A stretch of 64,000 bases of DNA from an uncultured Actinomycetota bacterium (GTDB taxonomy: Bacteria > Actinomycetota > Actinomycetes > JAHEKZ01), in the NCBI GenBank assembly GCA_963718235.1, contig CAVQYR010000001.1:1728001-1792000 (forward strand). The letters run 5' to 3'. A program made the translations under genes and the position numbers. The notes below the pieces were generated by a model that did not search any database, was not told the origin of the DNA, and saw nothing but the letters and a program-made list of their open reading frames with translations. How positions within the stretch are numbered: position 1 is the first letter of the stretch; the number at the start of each line of letters is the position of its first letter. Shown here one piece after another: positions 1-15,081 of this stretch.

Positions 1-2
1 GC

Positions 3-386
3 ACGCAGCGGCTGTACAGCTTTCGCGACATCCTCGTGCTCAAGATCGTGAAGCGACTGCTGGACACCGGGGTGTCCCTGCAGCAGATCCGCACCGCCGT
101 GCAGCACCTGCGCGACCGCGGGGTCGACGACTTGGCCCAGATCACCCTGATGAGCGACGGCGCCTCGGTCTACGAGTGCACGTCCGCCGACGAGGTCATC
201 GACCTCGTGCAGGGTGGGCAGGGCGTATTCGGGATCGCGGTCGGTCGGGTGTGGCGCGAGGTCGAAGGCAGTCTCGCCGAGCTGCCCGGGGAGCGGACCG
301 GTGCCGATCTGGTCGCTCCCGCCGACACGGAGCCTCATCCCAGCGACGAGCTGGCCGCCCGACGGGTTGCTCGTCAGATCGGGTGA
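3..386 (+). CDS. MerR-family transcriptional regulator (Rv1830-like), 5'-truncated by window
   Basis: Frame is open from base 3 (TQRLYSFRDILVLKIVKRLLDTGVSLQQIR...SDGASVYECTSADEVIDL), typical of the actinobacterial MerR found upstream of gcvP. Confidence 0.9.
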   Translation, partial: TQRLYSFRDILVLKIVKRLLDTGVSLQQIRTAVQHLRDRGVDDLAQITLMSDGASVYECTSADEVIDLVQGGQGVFGIAVGRVWREVEGSLAELPGERTGADLVAPADTEPHPSDELAARRVARQIG

Positions 387-460
387 CCCAGCCTGTCGTA
401 CCCCGCCTGTCGAATGGAGGGCGTGCCCCCACCCGGCTACCATGAGCGAGCCATCGACCC

Positions 461-653
461 CGTGCGGGAGAGTCCTTCACCGCCAGTGAAGGCGCCGAAG
501 GAGCAATCCTCCCCGGAAACTCTCAGGCGAACGAACCGCACAGGCGAGGCGCCTCTGGAAAGCGGGCTCCGGCCCCACCGACGGTGCAAGCGTCTGCACC
601 GCTGCCCTGACCCGGCAGCTGACGCGAACCTCTCAGGTACCGATGACAGAGGG
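461..653 (+). ncRNA. Tandem glycine riboswitch (two aptamers)
   Basis: Aptamer I: GTGCGGGAGAG..GCGCCGAAGGAGCAA..GAAACTCTCAGG..CCGCAC (462-541). Aptamer II: CCTCTGGAAAG..CACCGACGGTGCAA..AACCTCTCAGG..GACAGAGG (552-652). TACCAT -10-like box at 438-443; lies directly upstream of gcvP. Confidence 0.93.
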
Positions 654-690
654 GGAGGCCCAGTCCGCGTCTTCGCAGGAGGCCCTCCCG

Positions 691-3640
<2,950 letters not shown>

Positions 3641-3647
3641 AGCAGCC

Positions 3648-4211
3648 ATGGAGCTGCTCACCGAACACCTCGTGCTCCGTAAGCCGAGCGAGGCGGATGC
3701 CGAGGACGCGTTGGCGATGTTGCAGGACGAGGAGACCCTGCTGTGGAACCCGGCACCACTGGTCGTCGACCTGCAGTCCGCGCGGGCGTGGTGCGCCTCT
3801 GGGGCCGACTGGGGCGACGGCACCCACGCGACGTGGCACGCCCTGGACCGGACGTCGGGCAGGTTCGTCGCCAACTGCTCGGTCTTCGCCATCGACCGGG
3901 AGCCGGCGACGGCCAAGATCGGCTACCGAGTCGCCCCGTGGGGACGCCGTCGAGGAGTGGGCCGGGCAATGGTCGACGTGGTGACTCGGTGGGCCTTCGC
4001 CGAGCTTGGGCTGGCCCGCATGCAGATCGAGCACGCGGTCGCCAACGTGGCCTCCTGCCGGGTCGCTGCGGGGGCGGGCTTTCCTTGGGAGGGCACGCTG
4101 CGTTCGGCGTCCGTCGACGGCCGAGGTGAGCGCCACGACGACCATGTCCACGGGCGGCTGGTGACGGACACTGGGGGGGCGCTCGACCCCGAGGACTGCG
4201 CCTCGCTGTAG
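3648..4211 (+). CDS. GNAT (RimJ/RimL-type) N-acetyltransferase
   Basis: [37 protein letters not shown]; ATG 7 nt after the gcvP stop. Confidence 0.85.
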   Translation: MELLTEHLVLRKPSEADAEDALAMLQDEETLLWNPAPLVVDLQSARAWCASGADWGDGTHATWHALDRTSGRFVANCSVFAIDREPATAKIGYRVAPWGRRRGVGRAMVDVVTRWAFAELGLARMQIEHAVANVASCRVAAGAGFPWEGTLRSASVDGRGERHDDHVHGRLVTDTGGALDPEDCASL

Positions 4212-4369
4212 TCGTGCCCCCCAAGCAAGCCCACCCCTGAGGCAGGAGGGGCTGCTGGGGCGACCAAGCGGTGAACGTCGGTCACGATCCGGACGAACGC
4301 GCCGCTGGACGGCCGCGCGGATGGTTCACTTCGGACCGTCGCAGCACTCGGCGCCTGAAGGGGGACACC

Positions 4370-5620
4370 ATGGCCAGAACGATCAGCAGCCCGCGGAGGA
4401 GTGGGGCTCGAGTGGGACGCCCACGCCGGAGCCTGGTCGGGCTGGCGGCGGCGTTGGTGGCGGTCACTTCGCTGTCCCTGGCTGTCGCGCCAGCAAGTGC
4501 GAACGGGCTGGCGGGGATCGGTCTGGACCGTGGCACCTGGACGGAGGTGAACCCGGCGGCGCCGTGGGCGGCGCGCGCGGGTCTGCAGGCGGTTTCGCTG
4601 AGGGGCTCGTTCTACGTCATGGGCGGACGGACCCCGCTGGACCCGGCCGTCGTGCCGTTCCCCGGTGCCAGCCAGGTCTGGAACGACGTGTGGCGCAGCG
4701 ATGACCGGGGCCGGTCCTGGGTGCCGGTGACGATGCAGGCACCGTGGCCGGCACGTGCCTACTTCCAGTCCGTCACCAAGGGCGGCGCCATGTACGTGCT
4801 GGGCGGGCAGAACTACCGCTTCACCGGATGCCCGCCGGGAGCACCCACCTGCTCGGATTTCTTCTCCGACGTGTGGCGCTCGACGGACGGCGCGCATTGG
4901 GCGCAGCTGACCTCCGACGCTGGGTGGACGGGCCGCGCAGGGCTGTCGGCCGTCGTGCACGACCACGCGATCTACGTCCTGGGCGGGTCACGCAACGACG
5001 ACTCGGCCGTGATCGGCGGCCCCCCGCAGCGGGAGTACTTCAACGACGTCTGGCGCTCCTACGACGGCGTCCACTGGAAGCGGATGACTGCGGCTGCGCC
5101 CTGGGAGGCCCGGGCCGGGGCCGTCGTGGTGAGCCGCGGGGAGTGGATGTACCTGCTCGGCGGCGAGAAGGGGTTCACCTGCGACTCGGTCCCGGGGCAG
5201 CAAAGCGACCCCGGTGGGTGCGTGCCGCCGTACTTCAACGACGTGTGGCGGAGCAAGGACGGCGCCCGTTGGGAGCAGGTCACGCCCGCGGCCGGCTGGA
5301 GCCCGCGTCCCGGCCACCAGTGCGTGGTGATGCTCGGGCAGTTCTTGTGCTTCGGTGGCTTCGGGCTGCAGGGCAACCCGGTCGACATGTGGGCGAGCTG
5401 GAACGGCCGCGACTGGCGCAAGCTGAGGGCGACACCCTGGAACGCCACGACCTCGGAGGAGATCAGGTACGACTTCGACGCGCTCGTGGTCCGGGGCCCA
5501 CTCAGTCTGCTGCCTCGGCTGTTCACCTTCGGCGGCGACCGGGAGACGTTCGACTTCACCGACCCGACGAACTACCTGCGCGTGGACAACGACGTCTGGC
5601 GGTTCACGCCGGGTCTCTGA
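4370..5620 (+). CDS. Secreted kelch-like beta-propeller repeat protein
   Basis: RBS GAAGGGGG; signal peptide RPRRSLVGLAAAL...APASA; repeated YVLGG...NDVWRS.DG..W...APW..R units. Confidence 0.8.
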   Translation: MARTISSPRRSGARVGRPRRSLVGLAAALVAVTSLSLAVAPASANGLAGIGLDRGTWTEVNPAAPWAARAGLQAVSLRGSFYVMGGRTPLDPAVVPFPGASQVWNDVWRSDDRGRSWVPVTMQAPWPARAYFQSVTKGGAMYVLGGQNYRFTGCPPGAPTCSDFFSDVWRSTDGAHWAQLTSDAGWTGRAGLSAVVHDHAIYVLGGSRNDDSAVIGGPPQREYFNDVWRSYDGVHWKRMTAAAPWEARAGAVVVSRGEWMYLLGGEKGFTCDSVPGQQSDPGGCVPPYFNDVWRSKDGARWEQVTPAAGWSPRPGHQCVVMLGQFLCFGGFGLQGNPVDMWASWNGRDWRKLRATPWNATTSEEIRYDFDALVVRGPLSLLPRLFTFGGDRETFDFTDPTNYLRVDNDVWRFTPGL

Positions 5621-5722
5621 CCTGCCCGGCGCCACCCGGGACCAGCTGCCGCGCGCCGAGCGGGCGGCAAGCGGTCGTGCTCGGCCGCTGCGCCCCGGCT
5701 TGAGCCGTGCAACGATGCCCAG

Positions 5723-6790
5723 GTGTCTCGCATTGCCTCCGTCGCCACCGCGATGGCCCCCCATCGCTACCCGCAGGCGCAGATCACGGCGGCGTTCGGT
5801 GACCTGGTCACCCCTGACCCGAAGGACCGTGCTCTGCTGGAGCGGCTGCACGCGGCAACGGGGGTCCACCAGCGGTACCTGACCCTCGAGCTCGAGGAGT
5901 ACCCCCAGCTGGACGGGTTCACCGGAGCCAACGCGACGTTCGTCGACGCAGCGGTGCAGCTGGGCGGGCAGGCAGTCGTCGAGGCACTCTCTCGTGCCGG
6001 GGTCGAGCCGGGCGACGTCGACCTGGTGGTGAGCACAACGGTCACCGGCGTAGCCGCACCGACCGTGGACGCCCGGCTCGTCGACCGGCTCGGACTGCGC
6101 CACGACGTCAAGCGAGTGCCCCTGTTCGGGCTGGGGTGCGTCGCCGGCGCGTCGGGGATCGCCCGGGTCCACGACTACCTGGTCGGGCACCCTGATGACG
6201 TCGCGGTCCTGCTGTCGGTGGAGCTTTGCTCGCTCACCGTCCAGCGTGACGACGCCTCGGTGGCCAACCTGGTGGCCAGCGGTCTGTTTGGGGACGGCGC
6301 GGGCGCGGTGGTGATGGTGGGCGCCCGCCGAGCGCAACGGCTGGGGCTGAGTGGGGTGCCCACCGTCGAGGCCTCGCGGTCACGGTTCTTCCCGGACACC
6401 GAGCACGTCATGGGCTGGGACATCGGTGGCTCCGGGTTCAAGGTCGTGCTGGCGCCCACCGTGGCCGAGCTGGTCCAGGCCCACGTCGGCGAGGACGTCA
6501 AGGCCTTCCTGGTCGACCACGACCTCGACCTGCCGAACGTCGCGCACTGGATCTCCCATCCCGGAGGGCCGAAGGTGCTGGAGTCGCTGCAGCGGACGCT
6601 CGGGGTCGATGACGACGCGCTCGCCGTCACGTGGGCCTCGCTGCGTGAGGTGGGCAACCTGTCGTCGGCCTCGGTGCTGCACGTTCTGGAGCAGACGATG
6701 CGCCAGCATCCAGGCGGCACGGGTGAGGCAGCGGTGATGCTTGCGATGGGGCCGGGTTTCTGTGCCGAGTTCGTCCTGCTGCGGTGGTGA
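5723..6790 (+). CDS. Type III polyketide synthase (SrsA/BpsA/Pks10-like)
   Basis: Catalytic triad motifs GLGCVAG, HPGGPKV and GNLSSAS; C-terminal AMGPGF. Confidence 0.93.
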   Translation: MSRIASVATAMAPHRYPQAQITAAFGDLVTPDPKDRALLERLHAATGVHQRYLTLELEEYPQLDGFTGANATFVDAAVQLGGQAVVEALSRAGVEPGDVDLVVSTTVTGVAAPTVDARLVDRLGLRHDVKRVPLFGLGCVAGASGIARVHDYLVGHPDDVAVLLSVELCSLTVQRDDASVANLVASGLFGDGAGAVVMVGARRAQRLGLSGVPTVEASRSRFFPDTEHVMGWDIGGSGFKVVLAPTVAELVQAHVGEDVKAFLVDHDLDLPNVAHWISHPGGPKVLESLQRTLGVDDDALAVTWASLREVGNLSSASVLHVLEQTMRQHPGGTGEAAVMLAMGPGFCAEFVLLRW

Positions 6791-6793
6791 CAG

Positions 6794-7309
6794 GTGTCCT
6801 CGACCTATTGGTTCACCGTGCTGGTGCTGGCCGTCGGGGTCGAGCGGCTCATCGAGCTCGTGGTGGCGCGCCGCAACCTGCGTTGGGCGGTGGCGCACGG
6901 GGGGCGTGAGTACGGTCACGAGCACTTCCGCTGGATGGTCCTGCTGCACGTGGGTCTGCTCGTCGGCTCGCTGCTCGAGGTGTGGCTCCTGCAGCCGCCG
7001 TGGATCCCCTGGCTGGGCTGGCCGATGCTCGGGCTGGTCGTCCTGGCCCAGGCACTGCGCTGGTGGTGCATCGCAACGCTGGGCCGGCAGTGGAACACCC
7101 GGGTGGTCGTCGTCCCCGGCCTACCACTCGTCCATCGCGGCCCCTACCGGTGGCTGCGCCACCCGAACTACGTCGCCGTCGTCGTCGAAGGGTTCGCGCT
7201 GCCCCTCGTGCACACGGCATGGATCACGGCATCGGTGTTCAGCGTGCTGAACGCAGCGTTGCTGCGCACCAGGATTCGGATCGAGAACGCCGCCTTGGTA
7301 TCGACGTGA
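6794..7309 (+). CDS. Isoprenylcysteine carboxyl methyltransferase family protein (SrsB/BpsB-like)
   Basis: Hydrophobic; LRWWCIATLG..WNTRV..GPYRWLRHPNY..RIRIEN. Confidence 0.9.
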   Translation: MSSTYWFTVLVLAVGVERLIELVVARRNLRWAVAHGGREYGHEHFRWMVLLHVGLLVGSLLEVWLLQPPWIPWLGWPMLGLVVLAQALRWWCIATLGRQWNTRVVVVPGLPLVHRGPYRWLRHPNYVAVVVEGFALPLVHTAWITASVFSVLNAALLRTRIRIENAALVST

Positions 7310-8357
7310 ACGGTCGCATCGACGTTGCCGTGGTGGGCGGCGGTCCGATCGGTCTGGCCACTGCCCTGCATGCACGGGCGGCCGGTCTCGACGTCGTCGT
7401 CGTCGAACCCCGGTCGGCCCCGATCGACAAGGCGTGCGGCGAGGGGCTGATGCCGTCGGCACTGCGACGGCTCGGTGCGCTCGGTGTCGACCCTCCGGGG
7501 CGGCCGATCCTCGGTATCCGCTACCTCGACGCCGTGGGACGCCGGCAGGCCGCCGCGCGGTTCACCGGCGATCCCGGACGTGGTGTGTGCCGCACGACGC
7601 TGCACTCGGCGCTGGTCGACCGGGCGAAGGAGAGTGATGTCACGACGATGACCGGTCGTGTGGTGGACCTGTCGCAGGACGCGTCCGGCGCGTCGGTCAC
7701 TCTGGCCACGGGCGAGCAGGTCCGGGCCCGGTACGTCGTCGGTGCGGACGGTCTGCACTCGCGCGTGCGCCGAGCGGTCGGGCTCGAGCCGGTCCGGGCC
7801 CGACGACCACGCTTCGGGCAACGCCGACATTTCGGGGTCGAACCGTGGAGCGACCTGGTCGAGGTGCACTGGGCCGAGCACGTCGAGGCCTACGTGACGC
7901 CGGTGTCCGACCACGCGGTCGGCGTGGCGCTGCTCACCTCGCTGCGCGGATCCGGCTGGGACGACTTGGTCGACCGGTTCCCCTTGCTGGGGCAGCGCCT
8001 CGCCGGGGCCGCGCCGCTGGACACCTGCTCTCGGGGCCGGACCGTTGCGGCAGAACGTGGCGGCCCGGGTCAGGGGACGGGTGCTGCTCGTCGGTGACGC
8101 CGCCGGGTACGTGGACGCGCTGACGGGGGAGGGGCTGGCGGTCGGGCTGGCCTCGGCAGAGGCTGCAGTGGCCGCCATCGCCAGTGGGCACGTCGAGTCC
8201 TACGAGCGGCGATGGCGTCAGGAGTCGCGCACGTCGCGCTGGCTCACCCAAGGGGCACTGTTCGCCGCACAGCACCAGGCACTGCGGCGCGCGCGTGGTG
8301 CCTGCGTGCAGCGGCTGGCCGAGTGGGTTCACGCGGGTGGTCAACGCGCTGGCCTGA
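7306..8357 (+). CDS. FAD-dependent monooxygenase/oxidoreductase (SrsC-like); apparent frameshifts at ~8028 and ~8290-8320
   Basis: VVGGGPIG, DKACGEGL and GADGLHS in one frame; LLVGDAAGYVDALTGEGL in the next; GTGA overlap with the upstream stop. Confidence 0.85.
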
Positions 8358-8361
8358 TCGA

Positions 8362-8860
8362 TCAGGTGCGGCCCTCGGTCTCCTGGGCGTCGAAGAGCGT
8401 CTGCTGCTGGAGCCCGTCCTCGTGCATCCACTCCGCGTGGACGATGGTGAAGCCGGCGGCGCGAACCGCCTCGACGACCCGAGCGTCGTCGTCGACCATC
8501 GTCGCGACCGGACGGTCGAGCTGCAGCCGGCGCAGGGCCTCGACCTTGGTCACCCGGGCCGGACGGCGGTCGGCGTCGCCTCGCATGAGGAGCCGCCCGG
8601 CTGGGAGTCCCTGCTTCGTCGAGCCAGGTGAGCGTGTCCTGGCGGCAGCGCTCCGGCCGGCCGGTCAGGTAGACGACCTCGTGGTCGGCGGCCAGGCGGC
8701 GGGCGAGGTCTCGGCCCTGGTCGAGCGCTGGGTCGTCGGGGGCGGCGGAGAAGAAGGCCGTCCAGTCCTTCGGGCGGCTCTGCAGGTGGTGCAGCCGATG
8801 GCGTACGTCGGCGAGCACGCCGTCGATGTCCAGGACGGCGTAGGGGAGGGCCGAGGTCAC
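8362..8860 (-). CDS. HAD-superfamily phosphatase (PNKP phosphatase-like); apparent frameshift at ~8610
   Basis: DIDGVLAD, LTGRPE, then LLMR..D.RP...K and VDDD after the shift; TAGCGT -10 box 6 nt before the GTG. Confidence 0.8.
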
Positions 8861-8900
8861 GTGGGCACGCTACCGGTCGCATCGACTGGCTGAGGCCGGG

Positions 8901-9461
8901 TCAGGGGTCCGACGGGCCGTCCGAGCGCACGATCGCGAGGACGACCTCGTCGTACAGCTCACCTGTGTCGTCGCGGTCGTAGTGGCGAAGCACGCCCTCA
9001 CTCTGCATGCCGAGCCGCTCGGCGAACCTGATCGCCCGGACGTTGCGGCTGTCGCACATCGCCTCGACCCGTCGTGCGCCAAGGTCCCACGCGATCTCGA
9101 GCATGGCCATGGCGGCTTCGTGCACCAGACCGCGGCCGGTCATCCGCGAGTCGGCGAGGTAGCCAAGCTCGCAGCGAGGCGCACCGTCGTCCCAGCTGTG
9201 CAGGTCGAGCCGGGCGACGTAGCGGCCGGTGGAGCGCTCGAAGGCGTGCCGGACGACGTCCTGCTCGGCCAGCTCGATCGACCGGACCAGGCTGGCCCGG
9301 GCCAGACCGACGTCGACGGCCTCGCGCCAGCGGGACACGAAGCGAAGGTCGTCCGACGACGCACGCATCGCGTCGGCGAACGCCTCGGCGAACTCCGGCC
9401 GGGACACCTCGAGCCGCACGAGCGGCGTCAGCACGACCCCCGGGGCCTCCGACAGGTTCAC
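8901..9461 (-). CDS. GNAT (RimL-like) N-acetyltransferase
   Basis: ELGYLA..MTGRGLVHEA..NVRAIRFAERLGMQSEGVLR. Confidence 0.8.
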   Translation of the reverse strand: MNLSEAPGVVLTPLVRLEVSRPEFAEAFADAMRASSDDLRFVSRWREAVDVGLARASLVRSIELAEQDVVRHAFERSTGRYVARLDLHSWDDGAPRCELGYLADSRMTGRGLVHEAAMAMLEIAWDLGARRVEAMCDSRNVRAIRFAERLGMQSEGVLRHYDRDDTGELYDEVVLAIVRSDGPSDP

Positions 9462-10117
9462 AGCCCGAGCCGTTCGGCCTGGCTGCGGACCACCTCGTCG
9501 AACAGCCCGTCGTCACCGCTGAGCGGGCCGAGCTGCCCGGACAGCTCGAACATGACGTGGCCATGGACGGCATCCCAGGCGGTCATGCCCGCGGCCAGTG
9601 CGTCGGGGGAGACGTCGACCTGGAGGATCTCGACGAGCTGGGCCAGCTGGGACCGCGTGGTCCGCGGCAGTCGGCGCCTCGGGATGTCGGCGTCGACCAG
9701 CAGCGTGGTCAGCAGCCGAGGAATCCTGGTACCGGCGGCGACCGTCGGGTCCTCCGGCGCCACATAGCCCGGGACCGGCGTCCCGAGGATGAGCATGAAA
9801 CGACTCGGGTTCTCCTGCGCCCAGGTGCGATAGGCCCGAGCGGCTGCCGTCCAGGCAGCACGCGGGCCCCGCACTCGTGGGCCGGTCATCGCTTCTTGTA
9901 CGCAGTCCGCACAGTCGTCGTAGGCCTCGGTGATCAAGGCGGTGAGCAGGTCGTCACGGCTGGGGTAGTAGCGGTACAGGGCCGAGACGGCGAGGTCGAG
10001 GTCGCGGGCCACAGCTCTGAGGGACAGCTGCGCTGCTCCGTCGGAGGCCACGTGCTGCCGGGCGACCTCGAGGATGGCGGCCGTCGTCTCCGCGCGTCGC
10101 TGGTCCCGTACTCCCAT
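9458..10117 (-). CDS. TetR/AcrR regulator with WHG-type C-terminal domain
   Basis: HTH LSLRAVARDLDLAVSALYRYYPSRDDLL; WDAVHG motif. Confidence 0.88.
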   Translation of the reverse strand: MGVRDQRRAETTAAILEVARQHVASDGAAQLSLRAVARDLDLAVSALYRYYPSRDDLLTALITEAYDDCADCVQEAMTGPRVRGPRAAWTAAARAYRTWAQENPSRFMLILGTPVPGYVAPEDPTVAAGTRIPRLLTTLLVDADIPRRRLPRTTRSQLAQLVEILQVDVSPDALAAGMTAWDAVHGHVMFELSGQLGPLSGDDGLFDEVVRSQAERLGL

Positions 10118-10139
10118 GCATTCCACTCTCCCACCATGA

Positions 10140-10205
10140 GAGAGCGATGTCCACGACGAGAACAGTGCTCTTGACAATGGCGAGATAAACGAGAACACTG
10201 TTCAC
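10140..10205. promoter_or_regulatory. Three related operator-like palindromes overlapping a TTGACA promoter
   Basis: GAGAGCGATGTCCAC (10140), GAGAACAGTGCTCTT (10158), GAGAACACTGTTCAC (10191); TTGACA at 10171 and AACACT 17 bp downstream; between divergent TetR and epimerase genes. Confidence 0.7.
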
Positions 10206-10235
10206 TACAGAACACCAACCAGGGAGGCGAGTCAG

Positions 10236-11198
10236 ATGACGCAGGGAGTGCACGTGGTCCTAGGAGCCACCGGAGGCATGGGCTCCGCCGTCGTCGCGGC
10301 GCTGGGGGAGTCTGGGGTTGCGCTGCGGGCGGTGAACCGAACCGGGTCGGCGGTGGTGCCGACCGGGGGAGAGCGGATGGCCGCCGACGTCTCGACACTC
10401 GCCGGCGCGCGACGTGCCGTCGAAGGTGCATCGGTCGTGTACCACTGCGCACAGCCGGCGTACACGCGTTGGGCCGCGGAGTTCCCGACCATGACGAGGA
10501 GCATTGCCGATGCCTGCGAGGAGACGGGATCCAAGCTCGTGTTCGGGGACAACCTGTACATGTACGGCCCGATCACCGGACCGATCGCAGAGGACAGCCC
10601 GATGCACCCGGAGTCGAAGAAGGGTCGGCTGCGCCGGGCGATGGCCGACGACCTGCTCGAGCGTCACCGGGCCGGGCGCCTGAGGGTGGCGATCGGGCGT
10701 GCCTCGGACTACTTCGGGCCGCGCGGCGCGGACTCCACCCCTGGGGCGTTGCTGTTCGTGCCGCTGGCCAAGGGGCGTAAGCCCCGCTGGATGGGTCGTC
10801 TGGACGCCGCCCACACCCTCAACTACCTGCCCGACGTGGGCCGGGCTCTCGTGACCCTCGGACTGCGCGAGGAGGCCGACGGGAGCGCCTGGGTCCTGCC
10901 GGCCGGAGAGGCGCTCACGGGGGCTCAGTGGATCGAGGCGGCCGGTGCGGCTGCAGGACGCACCCTGAGGCCGGCCGTGGTCTCGCCGTTGATGAACCGG
11001 ATCGCCGGGGTCTTCGTGCCGATGGTCCGCGAGCTGAACGAGATCATGTACCAGTTCACCGAGCCGTTCGTGGTCGACGACTCCCGGTTCCGCACCACGT
11101 TCCCCGACGCCGTACGGGTGACCCCCCACGACGAGGCTCTGCTCGAGACGGTCCGGTGGTTCACCGCGGCCCACGGCATGAGCCAGGGGACGAGCTAG
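10236..11198 (+). CDS. NAD-dependent epimerase/dehydratase family (atypical SDR)
   Basis: VLGATGGMG Rossmann motif; DNLYMYG, KKG.LR, RASDYFGP; RBS GGGAGG. Confidence 0.87.
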   Translation: MTQGVHVVLGATGGMGSAVVAALGESGVALRAVNRTGSAVVPTGGERMAADVSTLAGARRAVEGASVVYHCAQPAYTRWAAEFPTMTRSIADACEETGSKLVFGDNLYMYGPITGPIAEDSPMHPESKKGRLRRAMADDLLERHRAGRLRVAIGRASDYFGPRGADSTPGALLFVPLAKGRKPRWMGRLDAAHTLNYLPDVGRALVTLGLREEADGSAWVLPAGEALTGAQWIEAAGAAAGRTLRPAVVSPLMNRIAGVFVPMVRELNEIMYQFTEPFVVDDSRFRTTFPDAVRVTPHDEALLETVRWFTAAHGMSQGTS

Positions 11199-11230
11199 GG
11201 GATCAGCACGGATACAAACCGTGTGTTCGC

Positions 11231-11725
11231 TCACCAAATGACATAATGTCTATTATCGGCGAAGTGGCTATGCTGCGGTGGGTCCTGCCGTGGCCAGGTC
11301 CAGGCGTAGAACGCGACGGCTGCGAGCAGTGCGACCTCGACGACGCTGCCGAGGACGTAGTAGCCCCACTCGCCGACGGCGGCCCCCACGATCGTCAACG
11401 CATACCCGACGCTCACGACGAGGTTCGCGACCCGGTTGACCCCAGGCCGCAGGACCAGGACCAGGAAGACCATCAGGCTCGGGATAACGATGTAGGCCGT
11501 GGTGGCCACCAGGAAGGTCTGGCTCACCTCGAACCCCCCGAGCTGACCGGCCTCGAGCCCGGACCGGACGTCCGCCCGGTAGAGACTGAACAGGTCCACA
11601 TAGGCGAAGACGAACAGCACGCTCGCCCAGAGCCCGGACAGCTTGACCCGCACGCTGACCGGGACGTCCTGGAAGCCCGTGTGGCCGGTGGTGGTGGGAC
11701 GCGGGCTCGTCACTGGGGTGGTCAT
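11231..11725 (-). CDS. DUF6326-like small membrane protein
   Basis: VRVKLSGLWASVLFVFAYVDLFSLY, four TM segments; RBS AAAGGAG; its last codons run through dif. Confidence 0.75.
   Translation of the reverse strand: MTTPVTSPRPTTTGHTGFQDVPVSVRVKLSGLWASVLFVFAYVDLFSLYRADVRSGLEAGQLGGFEVSQTFLVATTAYIVIPSLMVFLVLVLRPGVNRVANLVVSVGYALTIVGAAVGEWGYYVLGSVVEVALLAAVAFYAWTWPRQDPPQHSHFADNRHYVIW
11236..11263 (-). other. dif site (XerCD chromosome dimer resolution site)
   Basis: Minus strand TTCGCCGATAATAGACATTATGTCATTT matches the actinobacterial dif consensus TTCGCCGATAATnnACATTATGTCAAGT except near the 3' end; AT-rich island in GC-rich DNA. Confidence 0.92.
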
Positions 11726-11783
11726 GGCAGCTCCTTTCGTCGTGCTGCACCGACACCTTCGGCTTACTTAGTATACTTCTTGG

Positions 11784-12480
11784 GTGACCGCCTCAGCCAG
11801 CCCTGCCCTGAAACGGCCGGCACGCGCCCGGCTGACCCGCGACCGGGTCATCCGGGCAGCCGTCGAGCTGGTCGACCGCCAAGGGGTCGAGGCCTTGACC
11901 ATGCGGCGGCTCGGTTCGTCCCTGGGCGTCGAGGCCATGTCCTTGTACAAGCACGTCCGCAACAAGGAGGCGATCCTGGACGGGATCGTGGAACAGGTGG
12001 TCGCCGAGATCGGCTCCCCCGCGGACCCACACCTGTCCTGGCAAGAGGCCCTGCGGCACCGGGCGGTCGCCTCGAGGCAGGTGCTCCGGGCGCACCCGTG
12101 GGCGATCGGGCTGCTGGAGAGCCGTCGCCCGCTCGGACCGGGTCAGCTCCGATCGTTGGACGCTGCGTTGGGGAACCTGCGGTCGGCGGGCTTCTCGATC
12201 GAGGAGGCCGCGCGTGCCCTGTGGCTGGTCGACGGCTTCGTGTACGGGCAGGTGGTCCAGGAGACCAGCCAGCAGCTGGCCTCATCCGCCGAGGCGGCCC
12301 CGGCCGCGGGGGAAGCGCTCGCTCAACTGGCAGCGAGTGGATACCCGGCACCTCGACGAGGTCGCGCAGCATGCGCTCGGCTCGCCGTTCAGCGTTGACG
12401 AGGAGTTCGAGTTCGGGCTGAGCCTGATCCTCACTGCACTCGCGGGTCGCCACAGCCGAGGGTCAGGCCCGACCCGGTGA
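11784..12480 (+). CDS. TetR-family regulator (TetR_C); apparent frameshift at ~12345
   Basis: LTRDRVIRAAVELVDRQGVEALTMRRLG..LGVEAMSLYKHV..K; C-terminal EFEFGLSLIL in the next frame; TATACT (11772-11777) 6 nt before the GTG (leaderless). Confidence 0.85.
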
Positions 12481-12481
12481 G

Positions 12482-14881
<2,400 letters not shown>

Positions 14882-15081
14882 CGGTCCTCCCTCGTTCAAG
14901 CGGAGCGGCGCTCCTGCCGTTTGGCGATCGATCTAACCAGTTGTCGTTCAGGCGCCTGGCGATGCGGGACGCACGTGACCGGTGCGGTCTTCGGTGTCGT
15001 GTGGTCCAACGACTCTGGGCCGCCGCGGACGGCCGCGGTACACCTGGAGGGACGAGAGTCACTCCGGCACTGGAGGCCGAG

